Assembly: GCA_051362555.1 (NCBI GenBank)
Contig: CM120640.1
Span: 65,884,788 to 65,948,787 of the forward strand
Direction: 5' to 3'
From: Lingula anatina
Lineage: Eukaryota > Animalia > Brachiopoda
Length of the DNA stretch: 64,000 nt
The position numbers and the translations under genes are program-made. Below, piece by piece: positions 23,601-37,500 of this stretch (position 1 is its first letter; every line of letters starts with the position of its first letter). Below the pieces are notes generated by a model. The model was not told the origin of the DNA. It searched no databases and worked only from the letters and a program-made list of their open reading frames with translations.

Positions 23601-26600
23601 GCAAATTGCTACGAACTCGTGGCTTTGAATCTCAGAAGAAATGTCTTAGGATCAATGTAGCAAAGCAGGATTTTAATTGAGAGACGCATAGGCAAAGCTG
23701 TCAACGTGATTTTATTGGGGAAAAGTACCACGCCTGGTGCATACGTAAAACATGCACTTCATACGGGCACTTTTTATGTTCAACAATATAGCCCTGTAGT
23801 TGCGTGGAGAACAGCGGTCTAAATACGCAAGAGGCGTTTGACGATCCGACACCTTTAAAGGCACGTACAAAATACGTGAACCAGCATTCCTCCTCAAATC
23901 CCTCTTGACGTTGAAAGGGAGTTTGTATCTCGTTTCGTTCGCCACCAACGGTATGCATTATGTAGAGGCAGATGGTTGATGCGATATGCATGCCTAACTC
24001 ACAATCAAGAACGCGGCACGTCGGAGGTTTGCTGTAAATAGAATGATTTTATTGTGCTTCGTGGAGGAACAACATACAGTGCCTTCTAGCTCGTAGTCTA
24101 AGTCGGTCACAGTTTACTTCATGCAAACATGATCGTTAGCTGTAAAATTGCAAATCACACTGGCTATACCTGGTCAAACTGGGTGTAATGATCTCAAATT
24201 TTCTCGTTTTTCTTTTTCGACATTCCTAATCGTGACCGGGACTTGCTTTTCTAAACAAGTTTGAAGCAACTGTTATTCTATAATGCACCCAACTGCAGGC
24301 ATTTCCGCGTGACGTGCTAATTGACCACATGACAAGCATTGTAAAAGCGATACGGCCAGCAGCGTTGGAATGATTAAACAACGATAAAAACTGGTCTACA
24401 ACTAGGCAGGTGATGGGTCCGCGGTCATAGTTCTTCTTAACCGCGATAGCGGCAAAGTGCGCATATGTCTAAGGGTCATTTCAACGTGGGAAAATAAAAC
24501 ATACCGTACGCGATATGGCATATCTAATGGTCTGAGGGGATGGGGATGTCTGCTTTTAATGCAACATGGGCTATATGCTTTAGCGTGGGTTCAGTTAGTG
24601 GGCGTCCCCTCTGTGCCCGGTACCTATAGCCGCCCACAGGAGTAGATCGTTTTATGCGACCCTGGCACTCCAAAACAAATGTGCACCTATAGCCGTGATC
24701 AGGGTCAGATGTAATCTATTTACCCAAGAAACATCAGTCATTGCCTAGCGTTCCGTGATTGTTGTCGTTGGATTAACTTCATGTGTGCAATCATCGTGTC
24801 AAAGGTGCTCTTTTCCTTCGTCGCAGTTTCTTAAGGCTAACCAAACGCGACCCTGGCAGTTGGCCAATGTTTTGTGGGACTTCCCTGTTGCCTCAATTTT
24901 GATGCAAATGTGCGGATCCTGCTCGCGCTCACGTGCTGTTAAGGACGTGATCAAGGGGCGGACGCAAATCCCAAATCCAAATATGGTTGCGGTTTGTGTG
25001 CGACGACATGCGGTCGAGATAGAGATTACCTTTAGCTGTATAGTTCAGTATACATTATATGCTGTAAATCCCCCGTTTGTTCCCATGCACCCAGAAACTC
25101 ACCGAGTTATTTTATTGTTCTGTCCGATCAATAGAGCGCTTTTATCGAATGAACGGGGTCATTTTCTGACCGTAGTATCCAAGCTATCGTTAAGATAGCG
25201 CGCAATCAATCTGACTTAACTTACGATGATAACTAGCTGGAACAATGATAACAACCCCCACCTTCCCGATTAAATAAATTATGGCAATGTTGTACACTTT
25301 GAATAAAATCAACGTCGCACATCTGTCACCATGTTTCAATGTTACCTCCCTTCATTTATCTTATTATTTTTCAGGTAAATGATTTTCTTTCCGGTAAGTC
25401 ACCCCTGACTTTAGCTATGAGACTTGGAGACCACATGATGTTTGTACAGCTTCAACTCTCGACGACCCCGCCCAAGAAAGTTGCAAAAAGAAAGAGGACA
25501 TCAGCCAATCAGACGTCGTCTTCAGTGTCGTCTGCTGGCACCGCCTCAATGGGAACATCAAATGGATCGACTGCTGCGATTTCACCAGCCTCACAGTTAC
25601 TGTATAAAGACGCTCAGTCAACTCTGCCATCCAATACATTACCACCACCATCATCATCATCATCATCATCTACAGCAACAGATATTACCCCATCGTCTTT
25701 AAATAAACCGCCTTACGCTTCATCATCACAAACAATGACAGTGAAAGAAGCTCCACCAATTAACACATTACCTATACTGGACAAATCGCTATTAGCAGAG
25801 GCAAGCAGAAATTTATCAAAAAGATTAAAGGAATTGTCACAGGCATCGGCTGAAGCAGCGAAAAACCAGGTAAATGATCGCTTAACCCCAACAATTGTGG
25901 AGACTTTTAACTCGTAACATTTCTACCATAGGTGTGCCACCTCCCCTCTGTCCCAACTCTCAAAATTTTATTTACAAGTCCAAAGGAGCTACTCTGCAAA
26001 ATGACCCACAGTGAATTGAACCCCACCCCACTGTGGGGCATTTTGCAGAGTAGCTCCTTTGGACTTGTAAATAAAATTTTTTGGTGTGGTAACCTGGATC
26101 TGGGTATGGTAACCTTTTCAAAGTTTATTTGCTCAAGGCGAGAGGGGTTGGGCTCTACAAGTTTGAATAACCAAGAAAAAACCATATCAGTTGTAAAGAT
26201 AGACAATGTGCTTATCACGGTGACTTTCAATGACACATTTTGATTCTCACATTAGAAGTATTTATGTTAAAAAAAGGCAAACAAGTCAAAATCTTCGCTG
26301 CAATTACTGTGAATGAACAAGGCTAGATTGTGGTAAAATTCTGGTTATTTTATCAGTGTGTTATTTGATATAGATGCATCCAGATCTTTAACATCAGAGT
26401 AATGCCAAAGTTCCTTGATGTATGCTGTCATAGGATAGAATCAATTAACAAATTCCAGGAATTTGTATATGTTAACATACACATGTAGTTTAAATGAAAC
26501 TTCAGATTACATTTCCTTTTGTCCATTTCATAGAATTTGATTTATTTGATAGTGTTGTGAAAAGGAAACATTGTATTTACTCCTTGATGTAGGAAGGGCT

Positions 26601-29600
26601 TAATTACAAAAAATACCGTTGAGTTTCTTTATAGGCAACAAGTGACTGGATTTTTATCGTGCCAATATAGCAACTGGGTTTAGTAGTATATTCATCTCTG
26701 TCTAAACCACACGAAAAAAAATTAACCAATTCAAATTATCCTCAGCATTTAAGATGAAATATTATATGCTAGCTTTAATCTGGTGATATGGTTAACATAA
26801 TCCCACCCTGCTGAACAGCTCACTTCAGTCATAAGGTGCATTCAAAGGCCAGTTGTGACAGCTGAAATAGGTACCATGCCATCTCAGCAGACTGTGATTA
26901 GGATCTATAACCTTAGGGAGTCATTCTAATCTCTCTGGTGTCCCACCCACCACCATTGCTGGTGCCTTGCGGGGTAGTTAATGCATGGTGACATATAGAC
27001 ATTGTGTACATGATGTGGTTCTTATTAAAATCTAGGGATTAGTTGGATGGTTCCTTTGTAAACTTGGCACAAGTTGCCCATAAATGTGCCTTTGAACTAA
27101 TCTTGGATGTTGTGTGTAGAGGGGGGTTGTTGTTGTTGTTTTCTTGGAAGAAAAGAAAATATTTTCCTTATGAAAGTTGGTCAAGATGAAAGCAAACATC
27201 AACAACAGAACAGATATTTCTTTTGTTATTACCATAACAAGTGTGATATGTTTTGTATCTCTTTTATTTCAGGAGGAAGACTTGACCCCACCACCATCGC
27301 CCCCTGTTACAACTAACACGATGAAACCAACATCATCATCATTATCCACATCTTCCACTACAACATCCACCACCTCCTCCTCCTCCTCCTCAGTGATGTC
27401 ATCATTGTCACCAGCCATGGCACGTGATAAACAGCAAGGTGCCATCATAGAGAGCATGCAGCACCACGGACAAGGTGTCTACTCAGGGACTTTCTCAGGT
27501 AGGTCAACAGCCATTGTGTAAAAAGCCAAGAGGTCACCTATAGCGTCATAACATACCACTCCTCTCAACTTGCCAAGAGTCCTTTTTTTTTTGGTGTTAG
27601 GTGGTCCATTTAATTTGTATTTCACTTGACATTTTTTCAGGTGTGAATTGGGGCATCTTTTATGACATAGGGTAATAATAATAACTATTATAATGTGCCA
27701 ACCTATCCATACCATGAAGGTCGTACGTATTATGCCCAGTCAACAGGTTCCATTTTCACTATTATCATATTTTGACCACTTAAACACAGTAGTTTTCTGA
27801 TACATGAGGGTAGGGTGGATGGGTAGGGTGGTGGTGGGGGAGTGAGGAGTGTAATGCACCAGCAGACAACCATGCATCCCTCAATCTCACTGTAAACTGG
27901 TATCTATTGAATAAAGATGGCTTTCTGTGAGGTGTATGATGAATTAGTACTGGAAAACTGTGAAAGGAAAAAGTGAAAAAATATTTACTAATATATAATA
28001 ATTTAGATAAAGCAGTTTAATAAAGACTACCGATTTTTATTACCCAAAGATTGTAGAAAGCAAGGAATCTATAGCAAAGCAGTCATTTAGAGCAGATGCA
28101 TTACATATTTAATCTTTTAAGCAGGCTTATTATGGATGACTAGTTATGCCCAAGTTTGTAAAATACCTTTACTACGTGGGCACTTGCCAGCATAGCAATG
28201 TCATAGATGTTTACGTTGTTAAATCAATACACAAAGTATGGTTGGTGAAGGGTTAATTGCAATGGGATCAACTGAGAGTTAAACAGATTAGTACTTCTTG
28301 GAATATGATGTAGATGCCTAACTATAATAACGGTGTTCTATTACAAGACGTGATAATGAGAAGACATTTGCAGTGCAACATTCTTTTTATTTCCTGCAAA
28401 TCTGAATATTTTCTATGTAATTGGTTCAGTCAGTTTCAATGCAGCAGTGTGTTGAGCCATGGAAGTTGATGTAGGTCAGAAATTCACAAGTCCATCAAAG
28501 GTGGATATTAAACATTCATGCATTTGACCCCCCTCCCACTCAGTGAAGTTAAGCAGTACATGACCTAGCCCACACAGTATCATACAAGAGTTAATGACTA
28601 CAGTCCAACCATCTGCCCACCATGATGGATTACCATAGAGATGAGTTAACTTTGTAAAGTACAGGGTGATTATGCTAATATAAAATTAATGCCTGGTGGT
28701 CACGGTGCTGTGGTACATCATAGCCCCCCAGAGTTTTGGGTCAGCTGAGAAGGTGTGATATTCAGCACATTTACTTAAACAATGCATCTTCATTCCAGCA
28801 CTGAACTGCCAAATATTCTCCTCAGTGATTCAAATGGCATATCGCCATTGATATGGTTTCATGCACCAGCATAACTTATCTTTTGGTGGGCGTTAAATAA
28901 ATAATTTTCAAAACACTGCGCTACCATTTCTTATCAGTTCCCATGTTTGTGTAAGTTAGAAACATCATTCTAAAGAGCTGAAAAAGTAAATGATTGTAAA
29001 AGATCATAAAAATGAACTTTTCATGAAGGTCAACATGATTTTGAGTAATGCCATAAAGACACTCAAGGTATGTAAGTAGTTGTGACCTACATAATGGCCT
29101 TTGTTTGTTTCCCCGTTTTCCTGACAAGCAAACCTCTACGGAGAGGTTGTTTACAATGGAGTCAGGCCCACATGTTTTTCCTCCTACAGTTGTGACCATC
29201 CTCCAGAGAACCGGAGTCTGCATTAAAATATATGATTGATTAACGGTGGAATGAGTTTATCTGATGAAGGATATTGTTCACTCCATACACAGACTTGCAC
29301 TTTGAATACAACATACCATTTGTCTCATATCAGTGCTTGTGCACCACAGCCTTGTTAAATATTCCAATAATTTCTCATTCCACATTGTTTGAATGATAAA
29401 ATATTAAGTATGTTTTCAATAATGGTATACATCATTCACTCACTTGTGTATAATATCAAAAGGTTATAGTACTTAACGGCCACTTTTCATTAGTGACTTC
29501 TGCATTGATCTGTCAGTCAAATCACTTTACCAGGAAAAGATCAAGGCAGTTTGTCCATTGCGTTTTGAATATATCTTATGGCAGACCAGTTTCTAGGACG

Positions 29601-32600
29601 AGCATTAATCTTTTTTCAAGGGGTGACAAAGGGAGCATTCAGATAGACACATCTCACTAGGTTGGGTTGGTCATACTCTGCAGGGGCAAGTGCAATCGGC
29701 TTAACTGAATGACAGGTCTCCTCTAGCTGCTAGGGTTTAGCTGCTCTAGGAGTTGTATCAGGCAGTAAAGCTGATTCCACTGATTGCACTTAGCGCGAAT
29801 CCCCATCTGCAGAGTTGGACAGACCCAATTAATATGATGTGAATGGGGTCATCATCAACCAGCAAGATCTCACTGGTGTATATTTTTTGTACCAACCAGG
29901 ATGTGTACAAAATAACACTGGAGGGGCACAGTATCTGTTAATTGTTTACAACAAATAACTGTACTATCAAAATTTACATTCCCTTCCGCATAAGGTCAAT
30001 GACCAAACCACCCCCTCCATTGGGCAACAAAAACAAAGCCAGCGATCAATACGGTAGGGATCTGATTACACCTTATTCTCCTGACACTGCATTACCAGAG
30101 TACTGGGAAAACCAAATTCGTAGAATCACGCATAAACAAATACAGCAATGACTCACCAGATTCAAACAAAACGATTTCTTACACTTCCTTGACTAGATGT
30201 TTTACCAGCAAAGCCTTAAGGAGTTGATGAAATTACTTAAACTAAAAGCACACCAAAAAGTATTTTTATTTCTGTAATTTGAATTGATTTTACCTTGAAA
30301 AAAATTGGATATTGAAAACTTATCTCTGAAATGTGTGAATAATTACCATAGTGTAGTACGATATTGGTTCTGACTGAGTGGGAAGCCATTCACAGAACAA
30401 ATTTGTGGTCTACATGGGCTACACTTATTATTAGGGAATCTTTAATTAATTTATTAAGGATGTAAATGATGGGTTGGGCAACACATAATTGAATCACTAC
30501 AAGATTGATCTAAAGGAACTGATAGAGAGAAGCTCCTGATAGTACTGGAGTACTGATTTTTTTCCTGTATTTACATGGGCTTTTCCAGCTGCTAATTCCA
30601 TAGAGCTGCCATATACCTATCCTCTGTGGATTTCCTTGTGAAATAAATTAACTCAACCAGTATATACCTATTTCTTTTTCTTCAGTTAAGAGGCTAAACT
30701 GTTTTGTGTCTTAACTAAAAATGATGCAGCCAAAATTTAAGTAAAATCCCATGTCTCATGTTGATAAATTCAGTATCTGAGAATTATATATGAAGTAAAT
30801 AAGTTAATTTAGATGATGACTTGAAGGCTGAAGGGAAGATAACTAGCTTTCTCTGGTTAATAAACAACCTACAGGATTAATATGGATGATAATGTCCTTT
30901 TGAGAATATAGTATAAGTGATAACAATGCAAAACTTTTCATCGTCATGCGGGGAAAAGTGTCCCTGTGACGACAGTGAAATTCCTTTCCAAATTTGACCA
31001 TGGCAAACACGATAATTGTTCTGAAATCCTAACCCTTAAATCCCCAAGCCCTTCAATGTTTTAGATGTAATATACAGAGGCAGTAAGTGGACTGGACATT
31101 GAAATAAGAGAACAGTTAAACCAGTGACATACAAAAAGAACATAATATATTACAACACAATGTGACTTGTCAAGCTGAAGCATACACAATGCTGAAAAAT
31201 TAGGACTGGGATGACAGACATCCTTTTGTGTACAAATACTTGTTTCATAATTAGGATTGTGACTGGGGGTAGCAAAATAGTGTGTTTCTCTAACACATAA
31301 ATCTAAAACATCCTGAGAACGGATCTAGACATATTGCAGTATCAAAGGCTTCTTGGGAGCTTATACTTCTGTCTTAGTTATAGCAGGGAGATTATGTGCT
31401 GTATGAAAATCTTGCACCTTTGTGCTCAGAGTTCAAAAATTCACTGATCAAATAAGCACCCCTTGAAGTAAAAGATTTTTGGTCACGAGGGAAGATCTTT
31501 TGTGGAGTTTGAATGCGATTATATTTGGACAAAGGTGTGTAAATATAAGTTGACAGGACAGGAGGTTACTTGAGGGTGTTATTATAACTAACAATATCCC
31601 AGGAAGCTAACATGTTATAAAGTGCACTGGTAACCACAAGCAGTGGCAGGACATAGAACTTTGTATTCCGTTCACTGGAATGATTGGGTCTGCCCTTGGA
31701 CTGATGCGGTTGCACACACAAGCTGTTACTTAAGTTGAACAAAACCTGTGGTTTGCTCATGTATTTCTTCTCTGATGTAAATGACTAGTGATATGGCCTA
31801 ACATAATAAAAGAAATTGGAAGGTACATCCGTCCATACACAACTTTGTAATGACTACCTGTTTTCTTCATCCCTATGGCTATTTCCTGTTTTAAAAGATT
31901 AATAAAAACAGGCTGCAAGTCTTAAAATCAGAACAGTGTCAAGTTGCAATACACATGGTTGGTTGAGCAGGTAACCCTGTCATTATCTGTCTGCCATTTT
32001 GCTGATAGCACATCCCTTACAGCAGTGATAACCAGGACATTGGATGAGACGTGTTAAATATTCTTGCCCCCAATGAGAAAGATAGAGTGGATAAACTTGA
32101 TTTATCACATTAGTGTGGGTATATGCAGTAGGTATCATTCCACCACAAGGAAAGATTAATATGAAATGACTGCGGTACCAAGTTATGTCTATATTGAAGG
32201 CATTTTTTTTCTGACTGACCAACTCACAGTAAATGATGGGATATATTATAGATGTATACATATGTGATTATATATATATACACACACCTTTCTTTGTAAA
32301 AGTGGGTAAAGTTTGTATAGACCATGTGGGTGAAAGATTAACAGGGCATGTTTGGTTCCATTATTTCATTAGGTATATCGCCATAGGGCTGTGTTGGTAT
32401 CCCACATCAAATGAAGAAATAAATACATAGGGGTTGTCACATGTGTCAGGTTACAGCCCACACCATTCATTCTTGGAACACCAAGGTTGGAATGCACACA
32501 TACTGGTATTCTATCTGCCCACCTCAGATCATATTTATGTTATATGTAATGGTCTTAGACTGACTTGGGTGGACTTTGGGTGATACCTATAGATATGCAA

Positions 32601-34506
32601 ATGTATACATTGCATGTTACAACTGAAAGAACCAAAATAAATTTCTTAAGCTTCCTTGAAGTAAAGCTGTGCCTTTTCACCTGTACTCTAGATTGTGAGA
32701 CGACTTTGCTGTAACATTTTCACTAATTTCCTTGAAACTATTCCTTATTCAAAATGTCAAATGTGAGGTAAAATGCCAAGACCAGCTAATGTTATTTCAG
32801 CATAACCAATTTATGACACAGGATCAATAGTAACAGTCTCTGTATATGTTGTCTGGAAAAAAAGGAACCACTGTGCAAGTTCAAAATTACTTTCTGAAGA
32901 CAAAATTATATCTGCCCATCTATCTGCTGTGTTTGGCATTTTTAAAATAATTTTATTAATTAAAATTTTTATTTATAGGCACCTTAAATCCAGCACTGCA
33001 AGACAGAGATGGGAAGCCCAAGAAGAGTATCAGCACAATAATTCACATTCTGAATGACCTTTTGGGGGCCACGCCACAGTACAGAGCAAGTTCTGGGAAG
33101 CAGAGTTCTAGGAAAGCAGAAAGAATGATGTCAGCCATGGCCACAAAACCTAACCACACTCCTGGTAAGATGTTATAACCAATACTCCATCTATATATCT
33201 TCCTGCCTCCTTCACCTCACTCACTGTGGAGCATTGAGAGTTCATTTTACACAGCTCATTACCCTGCTGTCCACCTGCCTGCTAATCAACACAGATCATT
33301 TAACACATTATGCAAAACTACTTAACCAAGGCTTCCACAACAGCTTTATCTTTGGCACAGTATTCAGTTAACATTTACAATTTATGTACAGCTGCAAAAA
33401 TGCTCAACTTCCTCAGACATCATTAACTTGGCACATAGATTTTGAAGGCAGAGGAAAATGCCCAAACCAAATGCTCCATTTGGAAAATTAAAGGCATCAA
33501 CTGCAATTTAGTGCATTTCATATTCCACCTATCCTAGATAACACGGGGCAGATCAGCTGTGCCACATAGTACTTCTAAGCATTTATGTATGCCTCATTTA
33601 AACAGTTGATTGCTCAAGCTGACATGTTTTGATGCTCTCAAGAATGTAAAACCATTAGAAAAAAACCTGTTTTGAACTCTATTGTTCATATGAACTTAAA
33701 AGATGATAAGTTGAGCAATGAGGAAATATACATGTGGAACCACACACCCCCATGTCACAGGGTTTATAGAGATAAAATGACACTGTCCATATCTATAATA
33801 CAACAATGGGGCTTTTCAGACAATGCTGTGATATAATAACATACAATTACCTATAAGTGTACTATGTTCCCACAGTTTCACACTTAATTTAATTGTTATA
33901 TTAAATAATAGATAAAGTGCATAAGTACTGATAGTTCAAGTGTTCTGTTTCATTATCCAGGTTAAATGCATTGTTGCTGCATTTATAATATGGCTCAAGT
34001 GGTACGATTTTTTTTTTTCTTAAAAGGGAACAAATGTGTCTCATCAGTCATCAATATTATTTTTGCAGAAAATTAGAGGTTAAAATTTATTACAAGCAGT
34101 AGGGATCATGTAGGCATCCTACCTGTATAGTTTCTACATAACTTTGGGTAAGTTGTATAAAGGACTAGAAGACAGACCTCTACAAAAACTATACCTCTTA
34201 ACAAACACATATTCTTCCTCTACAGAAAATGAAGAGCGCCTTCAACAAGAAAACCAAACTATACGAGGGAAGATGGAAAGACTCCAACAAATGATGGAAG
34301 AAAGAAGGCAACGTCGTCAGCAGCGAAGGGAATCGCGTGGCCCTTACCCCATGTGGTCTCCCATCTCTCCCCACATGCCAAACTCTCCTGAAAAGGAGGA
34401 TGGCAGCTCAATGGAGGTTGACGCTAACCTTGAGACAATGACTGATAATGTCAATGACAGTAACGATAACCAGTATAGTGTAGCACAGAAAACAGTGGTA
34501 GCTTAA
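20644..34506 (+). CDS. MIDN: Midnolin (Ubl domain, Catch domain, C-terminal proteasome-binding helix), about 518 aa
   Basis: Exons 20644-20867, 20999-21086, 21542-21598, 25375-25869, 27273-27498, 32979-33164, 34226-34506. Ubl ends [12 protein letters not shown]. Catch1: [43 protein letters not shown]. Catch2: [25 protein letters not shown]...[13 protein letters not shown]-helix: [33 protein letters not shown]. Confidence 0.95.
25962..26080. repeat. Near-perfect hairpin, 52-bp stem (1 mismatch), 15-nt loop, in midnolin intron 4
   Basis: 25962-26013 is the reverse complement of 26029-26080. Confidence 0.93.
29661..29830. mobile_element. Small degenerate MITE
   Basis: 'ttgggttggtcatactctgcag' / 'ctgcagagttggacagacccaa' plus an internal pair 'aagtgcaatc' / 'gattgcactt'. 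Confidence 0.5.
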
Positions 34507-37500
34507 AGTGGACCAGTCAAGGAGTAGTCAGATGAACATCCACTTTTTAACAGCTCTTACAGGGAGAAGTCTCACCCCACCCCAAGACTAAGTGTGGATG
34601 AAGTAAAGTGAAGTGTATAGAGCAATTTTAGTGCTTTCTGTTAAAAGCAATCCACTAGTGTCCATAGACTCAAATATGTTAACTAATCTGGCAGATTGGT
34701 GAAATGTAAGAAAGACCCTGTATCACACTGATTAGTCCAGCAACATCAGAATAAGGAGATAAAGACACAGTGGTACATGACACAGGATAATAACACATTT
34801 ACCAACCTGGAATATATGTGAACGAAATTCAGTATTGTTTTGAAGTAGCAATGGCAGTACTTAATGAGGACATCTGAATGATGAATTGAGCAACAGAGCT
34901 GTCTGATCATCTGGCAACTTTTATTTCAATGACTAAGACATTACTTTTCCTTACTTAAACATGAAAACATTCTAGCATATTATTGATGTAAAGTCGGAAA
35001 TATAAATTAGACTGTTTGACCAAAAAAATGAAGGATATTTTAAATACCAAGAGTAAATGCCCATTAAATCAGTCCTCCAAAGGCCAGCTAAAGTAAGGAC
35101 CCAGAAAAGAACAACCATTCCAAGTAGAGTGAATATGAACAAATCAAAGTTGGTCTAGAACAGTACATTAATATCTTTAATGTTAATATTTTCATCATCA
35201 TGAGATGAATTGCCTGTTTTATACAAAGAAAATAAAAATAAGAAGTTTGTATAGATTTTTTTCAATAAAATGTAGAATTCTGTACAGGCTAAATTTAGAT
35301 TACCTTGTTTGAATATATGGAATGCATGCTGTGTTGATTTTATAGTCATTTACATATACCTCTTTAAACATATCATTCTCTTCATATCATGTTTCATATC
35401 CTCCTGGAGCAAAAGAATGCAGTCTTTTAGCCTCCTACTAACCAAGCTGTACATGTAACTGCTTCAAGTTCAGTAAACCCTGAACTGTGCAATAATAAGA
35501 CTGGGGTACACAGAGAGAAGTACCTTATCAATAAAGGGATCAAGTCTGGCTAGACTTGGTCTCACTTTGAATGTTAGAAACAAAAAGGAAGTGTTTTTCC
35601 AGTACACTATGTGTATTCTATGTTAATTAAGAGCACAGAATGTATAAAGATAGGCTGATCATATGACTGCCATGTACAGAGTTGACCTAACCATTTACCT
35701 TTTACCTTAAAATTTGTAGTTGACTACAAGCAGTTGTAATTATATAAAATAAGCACAAAAAATAAAATAAGTGAAATATAATTTAGCTGTTGTTTTCTTA
35801 TTAGCAATGCTGTCTACTAGCACACACTGAAGTGTTACAATCATTATACAGTACATGTATCATACATCGTACATTGAGACATGCACACACATTACTCTTA
35901 CATGATATTAACAACATTGTAGAATTTTAAAATGATGATTGATAAAACATGCAGTAATGTAGACTAATCACTCTCTATATAATTATTTGGATCAGTCATT
36001 TAAACTTTATATGCATTTTCACAAAATCCCCTAGTTTACAGAAATCCTTCACATTTCGAGATACAGACCAACATGTATTGTCCATTAAGAGTTGCATTCC
36101 ACGTACATGAACTCAGAGCCACAGACTAATACATACCATTAACATTACCATTAACATTAATTAATGAATTGTCACAGACTTGTTATCACAGGGCACATCC
36201 CTTGTTACACTATAGCTCACACAACATGCAGTCCTGCAATGATGAATGACCAGCCTCTTTACTGCTACTGGTACAACTATTTGCATATAAAGTAAATCTT
36301 GAGATGTTTTGAATTGAGGTAAATGCAAAGATGGGCACACCTTTATCCCCTCAACATAATACTACAAATAAATGATAAATTTTGATTCCCATCTTTGCTC
36401 ATGAAAATGGGGTTTTAATTTCAATTTCTGTCACAATAAGCCACTACTCCAGCATCCTTTTGGTAGAGAACCAGTTCAAATCTGTTGCAAAAAACCAGTT
36501 CATGGAAAAATCATCAAATAATCATGCCCTATTTTTCAATCTGCACACTTAGCAAACATTTTTCCAACACCCTTATAAAAGATTTGGCAAAGAACATTAT
36601 GCTGCCGTAGACCCGCAGCGAAGATCTCAATGCACAATGATGATCTATAACCAATTTATAAGTGTAATCTCAAGTTTTGTGGGTTCTGATCTGCCAAGAT
36701 GTAGAGCACAGAAAGTTAACAATAGATTGTACAAACAATAGTAAAAGGCAATCTTTAAAACACCTCAACAGTTGCACAAGTTGTAATATTATAAAAGAAA
36801 TTTACCATCAGGCACATAGGTCCATAATGACAAAATATAGCAAGGATTCTTGTTCCAATTGGATAAAATGAAAAGCAAAATTAAGACAAAATATCTGGAG
36901 ACAGCACTACACATGAATGAAATAATTTGATATTGGGCATTTTAACTAATGAAATCACAATCTATTTTAATATAATCTTTCATGTAAATAAACTGTTACC
37001 TTTAACTTTTCACCAAAGATATACTGATTGTTAGTACCAGTAGTTCTTTTGTACTACATAATTAATGTCCAACTGAAGCATATCATGCTGTACATCTGAG
37101 CATGCTTTGGAATATTTGACTGAACTTCTGTGTTTGTGTTGAACCATGAATCAGAAACAATCAAAGAATACTAATGGTATTAGATATCTTATTTATTAGA
37201 CCAAGTCTGATACATAACCTTCATAACTATACAGGCTAAGAACCAGTATCAGTATACAAATATTACTGACAGATATTATGGAACACATCAGCATGACATC
37301 TAGGCATTTTTCCACAATGAAATCTTTCTTTTCACTTGTAATTTTTTCTATACTCAGTTATCAGAATCATATGTCAGTCAAATGAAGAAATGACTAAGAT
37401 GTACCTTAGATTAAATGTGCATTTTAAGATTGCTGATATAATATTCCTGAATGGGTTTTTTCTATACAACAGTGACATGACAATGTTCATTATGAAGGAC

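Noticed and set aside
24755-25198. 147-codon ORF in midnolin intron 3
   Set aside because: Non-ATG start, no domain similarity, in GC-richer regulatory sequence where longer chance ORFs occur.
25415-25702. Poly-His (+) and poly-Met (-) ORFs
   Set aside because: Alternative-frame readings of the (TCA)n Ser tract of midnolin exon 4.
25907-26243. Two opposite ORFs sharing [14 protein letters not shown]
   Set aside because: Artefact of the DNA palindrome.
36636-36692. C/D-box snoRNA-like ATGATGA...CTGA
   Set aside because: Too short, no convincing terminal stem or rRNA guide, and not intronic.
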